Shown here one piece after another: positions 45,275-59,492 of a stretch of DNA of 64,000 nucleotides. Positions within the stretch are counted from its first letter, which is position 1. Every line of letters starts with the position of its first letter. A program made the position numbers and the translations under genes. The DNA is from Raillietiella orientalis. Its lineage: Eukaryota. The DNA lies in the NCBI GenBank assembly GCA_036172245.1, contig JAYWIR010000014.1, positions 3,410,001 to 3,474,000 of the forward strand, in the 5' to 3' direction. The notes under the pieces were generated by a model, which had not been told where the DNA came from, did not search any database, and saw nothing but the letters and a program-made list of their open reading frames with translations.

Positions 45275-47729
45275 TTTAAATAAATTGGAACTTGAGCAGT
45301 GGTCTTATTGTGGGGATAAAAGTTCAGAATTACTGTTAAAAATTTGTTACTCTTCAAATAGTGCATTAATACTTGTACATGAATTAATATCGAAACAACC
45401 TTGTAATTCTAGAATTTTGAGGTTTGAATTCATGTTTTGTATGCTATAATTTACCAATTATATGGAAAATAATACCTACTTGGTGTATTTATATGATAGT
45501 TTCATTTCAGAATTGGAAAGTGTAATTTACAGCTTTGGATCACAATTTAGTTGCAAGGAGTACTTTTTGGAAAGGTTTGAAATGAAGGTACTTGCTTCAT
45601 TCAGAATGTAGATTTGTGCATGTTAGTACCTGGATCGTTTAGTTTCCATTAAGATAGGACTTAAAAATGATTTATTGACATTCCTTATTTTATAAGACAT
45701 TTATGTGTTTTGTAGTTTCTTTAATTGTTATGTATCATACAATGGAAGAGAATTTAGACTTAGTAGTTTTCTTTCTGCAAAACGGAACAGTTTGACATGT
45801 GCCGTGAATTCATGCTAAATTAGGATTTGAAGAATGTTCATTGAGCATTATATGCTGCATTTGGAACCTTGATCTTCATTAGATGCAAATTCTGTGTGTG
45901 TTTTTGTCTGAGTTGCCATCAAAAGTGGTTGCACTTCATTGATTCCTCTGAGTATGCACTGAGCACACTTGATAACAATAAGGTGATTTTGCAGTCAACT
46001 TGGAAAGAAAAAATACGAGTTTCAGTTCGGAACTTTTGTCACTAAGAGCAAATTCCTTTAGAAGCACTACTGTACATTCCTTGCATGTCAAAAGCAAAAA
46101 AACGCACAAAACAAATTGCTGCTTCTGTTAGGCAGTTTGTTCTGTGTCACTAACACATTCAAGAGTAAGTTCTAATCTGCTTCTACATAGAAGCAGGAAA
46201 GAAGCAATGTAATTCACAATACTATCTATCTTCAGATGAGCATATCAATTGATCTAATTTGTACCCTGCAGCTTTCATGAAATTGTTTACTGCTCACATG
46301 CATGCATCATCTTGGCACCATCATCTAAGAATTGTGGCACTGTGGAAAGATGGTCTGCTCATCATGCATTCCATGTATGAACAGAAATGCAATCTTCCAG
46401 ATACAGATCATACTGAGCAGCAATAAGCAAACATTTCAGTCTCATGTAAGAAATCAAAGTTTTTCATTCACACAGAGAAATTACAAAAGTATAGAAGAGA
46501 AAATGGTATTTCAAAAATTCTATTTTCCATCAGACTTCAGCATGTCTCGAGAATGTTGCTTTTCCCTTGGATTAACAAGGTCTCGCCTTTTGGTCTCCAG
46601 CCTTTGAATTACAATGTGTAACTGGTCCGTGTCAAGGATGCTGTATGATTTTCGACTAATCTAGAGCAGTCATTGACCATTTTAAGCAAGATGGACTATA
46701 CATGCTTGATGCAAAGTTTTATTTATGGACTCCATTTTTGTATTTCTTTGAAAAGTGAAATGGAAGTGTCATGTGTGGGTACTTTAAATGTCAAAAAGAA
46801 CATCAGAGTCCAAGGAAGTGCTTACCTGAGATGCTCATGGAAAGGTTGGATGATTTAGTTTATCGATTTATTATACATTTACAGGTTATTAATTTGTTCA
46901 TGTTTTGATATATCTTTAAAACCATTGCCTTGTGTCATTCCTGGGGCAAGGCTTTAAAGAAATATATCTACTCCACTTCTATTAGGAAAAGTTTATGAAT
47001 GAATTTATTAGAATTTGAGCATGATTCTTATGGTTTAAGTTTTCCTGTCCTTACAGTTATTATTTGTTAGTTTGAGAATGCAGGGGTGGTTTAAAAAAAT
47101 GGGTGTAGTAGGGTTGTCCATGTTGGTTTTTATTGAGTTATGATTTATACTGGCTCCTTAAACCTCATAAATGGATAGGATGAATTTCATATGATTGAGT
47201 GAGAAGTGTTTTGAAATTGATTTAATGAAAGTTAGTCAGACAACTTGAGAAGTGTAGATATATAATTCATTTTGGATGACTATCATATATAGGAATGTAA
47301 AACATTTCATAGTGGCAATATGTTTGTTTGCCATGTTCTATTGATTTTTGATTTGCCTACTGGAATTTACTCTGCCTTTGGGGGTGGATGCATTATAGAA
47401 TGCACATGCTCAGCAATTGTTTTTTATTAGCATTGCTGAGACAGTACAGGATGTATTTAGTGACTGGCATAACTCATGGATTTATGGTAATCAAGGGAGG
47501 ATTTAACTTGTTAATAAAAGACACCTAATAACAAGCTCAGTGGTGGGTTCTATTGTATTATTTGATTTCCACGATAGCTACAGTAAACTGATACTGCTGT
47601 CGCTTTTGAGAATAGTGGAACAAGTGGATTGCAGACTGCTGAAATGCACATCTGTCAGTAAAAGCTTGTGGCAATAGCAGGAAGGTGCCAACAACATCAG
47701 CTGCATTCAATGCAGCAGTGAGGCAACTA

Positions 47730-48400
47730 CAATGTGGCATCAGCAACTACAATGGTGTCACATTGCAAGGCTGCAACTCGGCGATGCAGAAGCCTGTCGA
47801 AATTCGAAATGTTGAGGATCCCATTGCGAAAATGGACCCAAGATGCAAACTGCAACTTTTCAGCTGGGTTTGGTCAGTATCACTACCTTGCAGTGTATAA
47901 ACAGAAAGTGGATATTGCAAAAGTGATGAAGACGTTGCCTTTTGCAAACGGCTTCTACGGTTACATGCACCGTGACGTGCTGGTTGATTCTCGTGTCGAG
48001 GAGAGTCACCAGCCCCAACAGAAAAATACTGAAAGTATCAGCCAGAATGCTATGGCGCGAATATCTGTACTGATTTCCATCACCTCCCAGAAGACTAGAA
48101 GTTATTCGCTGACTTGACGAAACATACAAAGTCATACAGCAATGGTAGAGGGATTTGTGAAGCTTTAACTTCACGAAAACGCTGAAAGCCCCAACCGCGT
48201 AGTCTTGGACGAATGGTCTCCATGGATGTAAGCTGCATGTAATCACCAGCCCAACTTTTGCCGGAGTTGTATAACTGTCGGCTGTAGGGAAGCCTCTTGC
48301 CCAAAAATCTCGTACAATTAATGTGGCAAGCGGAGTCTTCCTTGCCAGATTCGTTGCATATCCGCTTCGTCACCCAGGGCGAAGAACCCCAGGATCTCTC
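47730..48400 (+). mobile_element. Decayed Ty3/Gypsy (Mag-like) gag-protease relic
   Basis: A GC-richer block contains a degenerate zinc knuckle (DANCNF..GQYHYLAVY), VLVDSRVEES (one base from the protease LVDSG), and ARFVAYPLRH (cf. ARxVPxxLR before Gypsy RT), in the expected order. No LTRs were identified. Confidence 0.4.
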
Positions 48401-51180
48401 GTCAAGACACTTCTCGACGCCTTGGAAGCAACAAAACACCTATAGGCAGTAAACAATGTAGAAACGGCACTTTACTCAATAAATGAATAAATCTCCAAAC
48501 CGGTTTAATTACATGGGGGATTCGACACATCGATGCTCTCATCGCATGTATTGCCAAGACTAATGGATTACCTCCTGGGAAGATGTCAAAGTGTAATAAA
48601 AGACCAAATAGGAGGTCAAATAAAAGGAATTTCATGATACAGGTATTGACTACAAATTCAGATGAGAGGAGACGTACTTTCGGTAACCAGTTGGTCTGAC
48701 AATAGAACAAGATGAGATTTCAGCTAATCATATTGGATGAGTGTTCATTAGTAAGACTAGACTGATGAGTCTTGAAGGTTCTTACAATTTCGTGTTGATT
48801 CGCGCCGCTATGTAATAGTCCGGGAGCATATTGATGATATGCTTGAATAAAATGGTTTATTTACCATGTTTTGACATATCTTTTGATTTTCATATGCAGT
48901 ACAAACAATTAAGCAAATGGTGGATGTCATTTTTATTTCCGAGATAGATTCCACATAAAACGAAGCAAACAGGTTTCATTGTAGGGATTATAATCCACAC
49001 AATGAAACCTCAAACCGTATAAAGAGTTTATGGCTTTCATTCTGAAAACATGACATGTTTTCAAACCCAAACTTCACACGTATCATGTCCGGACTTTTTG
49101 GACCGCTTTGCTTTTCAGGTCATGGATCATTCAAGAGTCCTTGTAAAACTTGTTCTTTTGATAGATAATGCAAGTAAGTCACTTCGCAGATCAAAATGTA
49201 ACCCCGTGATGGCATTTATGGCTGAATGAAGCTAACTTGCTAACTTCTAAAAGGGATAACACTTATTCCGAAATTATTGACATTGTAATCATATATTGTG
49301 AAAGTGAAAAGCAAATTGCCGATAACTTCTTGAATACGAGTGGACTTTGTAAGTAAGAATGGAGATATGACTTCTGACTGAAAGAATTAGTAAATAAAGC
49401 ATTATACTCAAGGAGGCATATTGAATTGAATACTGATACGGACTCTGTAGTCGCTAGAGTTCAGCAGCTAGATTCGTCTCAGTAATAAAAATTCAGGCTC
49501 GTTGGCTTGTCATCAGTTACATCTCGACCAAATTCTCAGCATCTAGTTTTTAGTTGATGCCTTCCATTAGAATACATTTTCTCCTAAAGCAAGCAACAGT
49601 GTCTCTTTTCCCTCTAGCTGACACAAGATGCTTTACTCCTTTACGAAAGAAAAAAAAAATTGAGGAAGAAGTAGATTATATGCGATAGTTAAATGATGTC
49701 GAAGATGATAACTAATATTGGGTACTTGGGATAATTTACAGTGTTAGATAAATCTTGAGAGTCATTTTAGAAATTCTAAACGAGATCAGCTCTCAATATG
49801 CTGAGCTTTTTTATATAGTTATTCATGATTTTTTTGTGGCTAAATGCATTTTTTAGAGGATTTCAATTCATGAATAAAGGTAGAAGCTCCATGGTATGTT
49901 TCTGATCAGTGGAATATGGAAAGTTGACTTGCTAATTCCAAGTCTTCAGTGATTTCCGTACATAGAATGAGACTTCCGAAAATTAATTAAGTGTAATTGA
50001 AAATCTTACGATTAGAGCTTACTTAAGCTCTGCTGTTGGACGTGCAAAACACGCAATTTTTTGTAGAAAAATTCATTGCACATTTTTGTTTAATATTTGT
50101 TGGAAAATTTTAAGATTTTGTGCTCATCCACTTGAATAAAAGAATTATTGAAGCGCAAAATGTTCACATACCTGATCGAGTGAAAGTACTATCAAATGTG
50201 TAAGAGTAACAGCAAGTATCGATTGCCAGCGGAAGAAAGGATCGTGCACTGGGTAAACAGAAAAATGCGTAGCTTATAGTTTGGAGGAGAAATGACAAGT
50301 AGAAACCTAGCAGTAGAAACAAGTAGAAAATTTTCAGCTAACTCGAGAAATGACACCCGGAGTATGATGCTGATTTTGGGAGTTGCCTCATGCTACCAGA
50401 CCTACCCATAAAATCAAACTTGAATAATACAACGACTTTCGTGATTGCCGAGACCATTTTGACTATACAGTATGGATTGCAGCATGGGAAATTGATAATG
50501 GCTATGAACTGTAACAGAAAATTTTAGGCAAAAATAGTACACTAACAGTACAGCTCGGTATGCAAATTTTCAGAATTAAGAATATGAGACACGTAGTTAT
50601 GTCAGTGAGAAGCATAACACGATTGGAGTGCAAGTGCTTGAACTCTGATCACGGGAAAATGATGCCTCGTTGTGTTTAATATCAGCCATTAAAACAGCTG
50701 CTAGTTTCTATATGAAAATAGTTTTCTCTATTAAGACTTCTCTGGTGACTAGATAACATAAAGAATTCAATTCAAGATTATCTTTTTCCCTTGTTATTCA
50801 ATTATGCAATGTAATTGCAATTGATCTTTTAGACTTAAGATAATAGATGTTTCTCTTGTGGAATTGGAAGCTCTCAATGTAATAATAAATGAAAAACAGA
50901 TAAACGGCCACAGAATCTTTAAGTTTGCCACTTGCAGTAGCATCGCTTTGGAAACAGGATTATCAGCTCGTTCAGTGAGCGCATCATCACAGATGCTGCA
51001 TTGTGTTGGTAGCTCAAAGTGCATGTTGTGCTTCGGAAAGTAGCAAGTGCTTCTTTAGATAGAACATTATACTTCGGCCGTTTTCCGTGCAATGTGTGAA
51101 ACATCTTCATTTGGAAAATTAAATTCGCACGTCGTTGTAATTCTCATTACCCCGTCGACGATTTTCGAGACTATTATTGG

Positions 51181-54100
51181 ATGTTTCAGATGAAAAATTC
51201 CAAAATAAAAGATGTTAATAGAAAGAAAAGATTAGCCGCCGGTATTAGCATTCAAATGTTTACAGAAAGAGAAGCACCTAAAGGTTTTCAAAATGATATT
51301 TGTTCCTTAGATCCATGGGATGTAAATACTGATATCACCATTTCCAATTTTAAGAAAGGTAAAGTGATCCTTATTAATTTTAAAATCATTGTTATATCAT
51401 GTTTTTCAATAAATTAAAAGTCTTAGCTTTGGTGAACATTAGGATTTCTGTATGCTTAGTTGTCACGTACGTTTGTTTTACTTTGTAGATAACAATGACA
51501 GCCAAGATGACTCGCTGTTTGAAGCTACAGGCAAATCAATACCAACTAAACTATCTTGTGAAACAGAGAGAGCACACATAGACCATTCGACTGAGGAACT
51601 TGCCGTCATATCAAATAAGGAAATTTCTGCCATGTTCACTAATGATGAATCAGCATATTGTTTTGATGAATGCTTGAATTATGTACTTACACAAAGTAAT
51701 TATCCATTGAAAGATAGCATCATCCTGGTAAATAAAGTGGATTACATATGTTTAAAGAATCTCGCAATTCAAGACCAATTGGGTTTTTATTAAATTGAAA
51801 TTGATCCAAACTAATTAGAAGTACTTGAAACGTTGAATTTTAGTGTTTTGCTTTTTAGCTTATAAGGGCATTACCTGTACAAAATTTTTAGGATATTGGG
51901 AAAGTTTAAACGGAATTCAAGGTTTCACTTGTACTGAAGCCCTAAGGATGATTATAATTATGATAGATTATAATTTTATAGTGATTTCTTAATTTAGAAA
52001 AAGGCACAGTGACAAAAGCAAAACATGAAAATGAGTACAATTTTTTGTTCTAATAAATTTGCAGATTACAATTTTTAGAAAAGGATGTTTTTTTGAATCT
52101 AAATCAGAGCCGGAGCTTTATTTCTTGATAGTATTTAATGAGTTTTATAAAGATATTAATTTTTATGTAGCTTTGAAAACTTTTAAATGTGATTTTAAGC
52201 AGATTTTTGTATCTGTACATGTTCCTCAAAAATGTGAATCAGAATCAGTATTTTAGACTAATAGTAAGTGGTGATGAGCAATAATTAAGTCAATGCTTAG
52301 CATTAATACTTTTCTGATTTTTTAGTTTTTCATTTGTTGACAAGTCATGCCTTTAGTGTTTCGCATTCATTTATCAAAATGGTTTCCTCAAGCATTGATT
52401 TACTAATGCTTTCTGTTGGTTATTTAAAGTAATTTGGGATTTGATTGAGAAGTAAATAGTCGGCACGTTAGAATCGTACTCCAATATCATAAAGTTTAGT
52501 GTTTAATATTTATTTAGATACATCACATTTATAATGGTTTATATTGATTTATGCAAATTCTTGTTTACCAGATTAATGATGACTTTTAACTGGTTGTAAT
52601 AATTGTATCCTTAATCCAGTTGCAAAAACTGCACAGATTGCTTTATAATTATCTGTTTATTTTAGTACATGCTACAATTTATTAAATACTTTCTTTTAAT
52701 TGTTTTTTTAGGATGCTGTATCAGAGAAACATGAGGATGATGAAAAAATCATGGAGGTTATCAGAAGTATTGAGGAAGAAGAAAATATAAGTTCATCCAT
52801 GCTTTCATCAGCATGTTATGACTCTCAGTACAAAACTGCGGATAGCAAACTCAGGTATTGATTTTTGTATTATTTTTAGTTTTGCTTTGAAACTTTTGGG
52901 TGCAAGTTATACCTTATACATATGTAATTAAGTTAATGACTTATTTTAATTATGTAGGATTTTTGTTAAAACAAAAGAACAATAAGAATTTATTGGCAAG
53001 GAAAGAAGAAAATAGAATAAAGTTTTCAAATTTCCTTCTGATTGCTTTTAACATATTAGATAAACAGTTCATTCTGTTATATTCTTTCATTTCTAATTTA
53101 TTAATTGGATGAATCCTTTAGGAGTGCGGAAAAGTATCTGTTATTGACATACTGCATATAATTTAGATTTTCATTGTTTGCTTGGAATGTACTAATCTCT
53201 TGCAATTCAGTTTTTATGTACTTCTGTGATATTCAGGTTGGATTTAGCTTTTTTTTTTCTGTTCTGTTTTTGATTCTTACAGGGACATTCTGCTATATTT
53301 GGATCATATTGATGATCATGGCTGTGAGAAATCAGATGCTTTATTTGAGAAAAATGATGATCTTGTAGTGGATTCCATGCATAACTTTGATTCACCATTC
53401 AGGTAGGATTTTTGTCAACTGGAAATTGGAATTGTATGGCCATATGTACATATGTAAAATGCATAGTGTTTTCAGTGATAATTGTATGTTGCTAATGAGA
53501 AATAATGACTTCGTGTAAGTCAGTTTTTGGAATGAGTTACGATAATTATTATAAGACATTGGCGAATTAAATAAACATGAAAAGCTTTCAAAAATTCATG
53601 TACTTTAAAATTATGAATTGTGTAGATGTATATTCATTTTTGTGATTTGGATGCAAGAAGAATATTAGTCAACACTACACGAGTTATTTGAATATAATGT
53701 GCAAAATAAAAATGTTGCAATTTGAATTTAATTTTGATGCATTTAGTTTGAGGGAAAACAATGTAAAATATAAATAAAGTATGAAGTTTGAACAATCTAA
53801 GATGTAGTTTTGTACTTTCAAAAAAGTACACTGGTTTTCATTTTTCAAGAGTTAGAAATTGTCTGAAATGTTGACTCTAGCCAGTGGAGTGGTTATTGAA
53901 AGCTATGAAAATATTTACCCCTGCACTTGCTGCAGAAGCTTATAGCAGTGAGACTGCTTGTGCCTGAATGGACATGAGCATCCTAGAATTGTAATGTTCA
54001 GAATATATTAAGACATAATCAGAAACATGTTGCAGGGCTTTTATTTTGAAATAGAATATGTCCTGTTTTGTTGCTCGTTCTTTCCTTCTCTTTTTTTTCA

Positions 54101-57100
54101 TTTGGTATTTCTACATGCAAACATTCAATTATTTTATCCTTTAATGCACATATCAGTTCATTACACAACTGCGCAGATCATGTAGAATTATTTTTACGAT
54201 TGAATTTCAAAATGTAAGACGAGTTCTCATTGGATGCAGCAGAATTGCAGTTTGTTTCCTGCATGATAGCTTGATGCTTGTTTTTTGTTTCAACTTTAAA
54301 AACATTTGTAAATCAATTTCCTAATATATAAACTTTTTTGAAATGCACATTTCTCTATGTTAAGTAGAGTTTGCTCTCATAGTTTTGGATTGCATTCAGA
54401 TTCCCCTGGATATTAATGGAAATAATACAAAATTTTTAAATCGGAACACCTTACCATGTAAAGTTTTTACACATTTTTACACAATTATATTCATAGTTTT
54501 CCTTCAGATTTATAGCATGCTTACTATAAAACTAAATGCGTTCTGTAAGCATTGTGTTTCAACCAGTTGTTCACAAGTAAATAAAAGCTGATTAAAAGAA
54601 TTTGAACAATGATGCTTGAACTAAAAGGACTCTTAGTTCAATACTTATGATTTTGTTATAGAGTAGCTAAATAATAACATTTCTCTCTTGTAACAATTAA
54701 AATGTTATCAGTTTGAAATAATTTGTAGCTTTTCATAGCAGCATTAGCTGTTCATAACATTCAAGTTTCTGTTTTACAGTCATTTTTCTGAAGATTCTCA
54801 GTTAGATAACACTACTCTTAAGTTGGAGTTAAGAGAGAAAAACAAAGTCATTTCACAGTTGCAGCGACAATTAAAAAGACAATTAGAATTAAATAGCAAA
54901 CATTCAAGGGATTTTGGGAAATCATTTACAGAGCAAATTGAGTCACAAAAAAATAAATATGAATGTACAATAAAAAAACAGCAAGTTGTAATTAATAAGG
55001 TAAATTATATTTCATATTTGTAAATACAAAATTATTTTGTAGCTATTAGATGAGAAAAAAAAAATGGCATCCAAATGTGAGGAGTTATTAAAAAATATTG
55101 AATTTCTTGAAGTGAAATGTAAAGAAAATATCAAGTACGAACAAGAAAAACATGCCTCTGAATTACAAAAAATGAAAAGTTTATGTTCCATTTCCGAAAA
55201 AAAAAAGAGAGAGAAATGGATTGAAGAAAAAACAAAAGAAATACGAGTAAGTCTGACTGCAGATCTTCATTTGGGCAGTGTAGCTGCTCCCCATGTAGGA
55301 AATTACTGTGAAGGGCTTGGAACCAGAAATACAAAAAATATTGGAAAAACATCAACAAGAAATAATACATATGAAAATGAAACACCAGGAACACATAATG
55401 CAGATTCAAGAAAAGAACAGTTTACATTTCACGCAACAGTTAGAAGAATTAAGGCTTCAAACTATCAGAGAAAAAGAAGAAGAATGCTCTAAAGAAAGAG
55501 AATTGTGTAAATTTAAATACGAAAAGCAATTACAAGAGCAACAGAAACTATTTAATGATGAGAAACAACGTATATTACTTGAGATGGAGAAAGAAAATGA
55601 CTTCCTAAACCAGAAGGTAGGATAGGTAACTTATCTGCTAGTTTGAAATTTACTGATTAATTATATTACCTCATTTAAGAATTCAGAACTTATTGAAGAG
55701 CTACAAGTATGCAAAGAAGACTTTAAGTTAAGATTAACAAATGAACTAACTATTTTAAAGGAACAATATGAAAAAAGTTTGCAAGATTTATGTGATAGCC
55801 ATAAAGTGAGTTTTATTTTCTGACGATTCTACTTTTAAAATATCAGAAAACCATAGAAGAGATTGAAAGAAAACATTTAATGGAGAAGGAATTGCTTGAT
55901 TCATGCCATGCAAAAAATTTGGAAGAAAACTTGTTGAAAAAGGAACAAGCAGTAAAACACCTCTGTAAATTGGAAAGAGATAAACAAATTGAAATGGCAT
56001 TGCACAGCTTGGAAGAAAAATATCAAAAACGTGAACAAGACCGTGAACAAGAAGTGGAGAAGAGGTTCTTGTGAGTGGAGACTGTCTAATGTAACAACTT
56101 TCTTTAGAAAATTAAAGGAAAGGTATGACAATGAAATGGCAGAAGCAGATCATACAGAAGACGTTTTGAAAACAAAAATCAATGATTTGAAAGCAAAGCT
56201 TTTAATCAAAGAAGAGGAATCATTGGACTTACAGTCGAAATGCAGAAAAGCTGAAAAAGAACTAAATGAGACCAAAAAGGTAAACTGAAATTAAGTGCGT
56301 TCTTCTGTGTACCCACATAGGCATTTTTTTATCCCTTATGTTCCCTTTTAAAATCTAAAATTGCACAGAATTCGTTATTTTTTTTAATGTAGGAACGATA
56401 CAAAGAATGCTGAATTATGAGATGCATCTAGCAAATAGAGCTAAGTTGCAAACTGATACAAATTGTGGTATGTAAACATCATACTACATGTATACCCAAT
56501 TAGATGATAACCTTGCAATTTCTGAATGAAGGGCATATCAGTCACTGGTAAATTGCATTCTTTAGTAAGTAGTTTAAAGCTTTAATTGGTTACCACTTCA
56601 TCTGCTCAAAAAAGAGCAATAGATGAGGGGAAAAAAATTAAATATAATTTTACTAGAGTAAGTAAAAATGTAGATTCAAAAGTTCAAAAGTACTTTGATA
56701 CTACACTTCCATGTAGAGGAATTTTAGTACTATTTCGTTGTGCTTTGCTTGGGTATAGCAGGATTTTTATGAGGAATTTTTTGTGAACGTGATTACAAGT
56801 GATAGTTTTAACAAAATATTTTTGTGACGTGATTAGACCAAAAATTCTAAAAAAAAAATCTCCTGTTCTCGCTTTATCCATGGAAACAAAGAATCAGTAT
56901 AGATATTCTAAAAGAAATTGTGGTGTTTTTGTTAGTCATATGAAACATTCGACTTAAAATCTAAAATGAGCAAGAAAAAATAGTGGTATTACATGTTTAC
57001 ATGATCAGTAACAAATCAAGTTGCATCAGGACAATTCCATGGTGGTACAGCTGTATGTCACTGAATTGTCATATCATAATCTTATACCATTCCATTGTTA

Positions 57101-59492
57101 CATTAGTCTCTTTCATCTTTAGTCTTTTCACAGCTTTTTGTTAGAGATGACTCCTTTTCAAAAATTTTTGGTGTGTAAAAAAAAACCCTAGAACTCTCTC
57201 CCAGGTTTTTGTAGTTTTCTTTTTTGACTTGTGAAATTTAGTTTTCTGATTTTTATTGTTTCTTCCAGCACTTTGCATTTTCTTCAGTTTTGCCAAGCTT
57301 TCTGATAACAGCCCCATTGTGCTTTCTTACACAAAGCCATAATTTTGCGAGTTGGCATATTTAATCACAATCCATTATTGACCCATTTGCCATTTGGTAT
57401 CTTTACTTATGATAATACAAATACGAGGCCCCAAACTCATTTATGTAAAACAGTTATTGTATGATATGAGAGAGCACAATTAGAGGTCACAGTCTGCAGT
57501 GTGAGCAGTCACCTAGCACAGATTATTTGCAAGGATGAAAAATGGCTCCAGTAAACTGTTGTACATAACAATGCAGCTGACATTCAGACATGTGACAGTT
57601 CAAGGAGAGAGACCTATGGCTAGTCACAACCATAAAATGACCAAGAATTGTACAGCTTAATTATTTAAAAAACGAAAACAATCTTATGATCCTTTTGTTT
57701 TCTAAAAGATTATTGCGTGATCAGGATAGCAGATTGAATACATGTACATTAAACTACTGTGTTTAGCATTAACTGTCCATAGGCCTTGGAACCTTGCTCC
57801 ATTAGTGATGTATTCAATTATAAGCAAAAGCACAGAATATTGGATATTGTATTTGGATTTCCGTTGCCCACAGTAAACAATACTATGCCAGTACTTGTCA
57901 TAAGCTTGAAAAAAATTAGCAGTGATGCATATTTTGTAGTTTCCATATTTATCTATTTAATTTTAAGTATTGCAGTTCTAGGGCTTTGAAGATCCCATAA
58001 GTTGAAAAAGTGACCATTGACCCATACAAGACATTAAATTGGCTATATAGTTGAAGGAAAATATGCAAAATAGATTGAATGTAGAATGTAGTCCTCGAAA
58101 GGCATGACTGAAGAACTGTTACATTTTACAAATGAGAAAACAGTTCTGATGTGAATGTTCGAGTATAGCATAGCTTCCTTACTATGTAACAATTTTTATG
58201 AGGCAATGGAACGGACATCTCTTATAGTTCAAAGAAAGTATTAGCATTAGGTGGACATGGATTATTTCTTATTCTTATATATTCACAGTGTGCATTTGTG
58301 TCTTGTATTTATCTCTTTATGTATGCACTTTAGCTTTAAAGTTAACTCAAACTCAGATTTTTGATTGTTTTAGTAAAGACAATTCCTATATACCTGGGTG
58401 TATCCCCAGGCTTTTGCATTTACCTAGGTGAACTAACAGGTTCTCCTTTATAATTCGATAGTAATTCTGATTCCTGGACCTAGATCTGACTGCTACCTTG
58501 TTGCTTTATGTGTAATACACATAATAAGTATGAGTATGCATGTGTGTTATCCTTTTTCTTTTAGCCATTCAGTTATTTGGTTTGAATCTGCAGTCAAGCA
58601 ACAAAACCTTATTAAACCTCCTTACTAAATTCTAACAAACTTCATGTACTTCTTAGCATTTTACAATTTTGGTTCTTTGCTATTGTGTCATACTGTTGAG
58701 TTGGTTTTAAAAATTGGAGCACGGTATGCATGCCACATTGACTGACCGCCCATTCTTGTGGTTTTATAACACTACTACTGTTTGATATGCCATGGCTTTA
58801 AACAGCAGACAAGAATATTCAATCAAGCTGATTATCAAGTTGATAGAATCTTGCACTGATGTATACATGTCATCTGTTGTAATTCTTGTTGTGCAGCTTG
58901 ATTTAAGTAAATCCTGCAAATTACAAGAAAAATCCGAATAAGAATAAGAATTACGATGAATTACATATGAAAAAGAATCACGATTCGAACATTGATTCAA
59001 ATATGTGCAACTTGTGATCAAGGATGATACTTTATAATCCTTAATTGTAGATCGCAAAACAGTTATCGGATGAACGAGCTAATGCTACTGAAATTATTAG
59101 TTCGGAATTTAAAGAAAACATTCAGAATATAACTGAAGAAAACAAAAATTTAAAAAAGGCATATATTCAGCTCAAAGATACTTTTATCTCAGAAAAAGAC
59201 AATTACGAAAGAAATCTGAAATTATTAGAGAATAAGAAGCAAACATCCTTCGAGAATTTGCATGATAAGTATGACAGCCATTGATTGAAGTATGTGGGGA
59301 ATAATTTTGTGCATTTTTAGAATGATGCAGATTTTGTCAAGAAAGGACAAAATAATTGGCGAACTTAAAAAAGACTATCAAAATGCATTGTTGAAAGCAG
59401 AAGAAATGGAAGAATTGCTTCAGCTAAAACAAAAGCAGTCAAATTGTTTGCATTCCAAATGTGCATCAAAGTATTCCAGAAAATACGTGTAA
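51181..59492 (+). CDS. CEP131: Centrosomal protein of 131 kDa (AZI1/dilatory); about 12 coding exons
   Basis: Exons 51181-51358, 51489-51727, 52712-52854, 53283-53402, 54780-54999, 55043-55246, 55299-55616, 55680-55805, 55847-56070, 56108-56279, 59051-59268, 59321-59492, with consistent phases. Signature KKREKWIEEKTKEIREITVKGLEPEIQK and ERDKQIEMALHSLEE. The N-terminal exons are less certain. Confidence 0.85.

Noticed and set aside
47941..47970. Family B DNA polymerase motif (ANGFYGYM)
   Set aside because: No other polymerase motifs are present, and the context fits a Gypsy gag-protease relic better.
48762..48790. Hammerhead ribozyme core CTGATGA
   Set aside because: No GAAA after a stem II; the other CTGATGA/TCATCAG sites I checked also failed.
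52271..52317. Intronic C/D box snoRNA (GTGATGA...CTGA)
   Set aside because: Only 47 nt, with no terminal stem and no recognisable rRNA guide.
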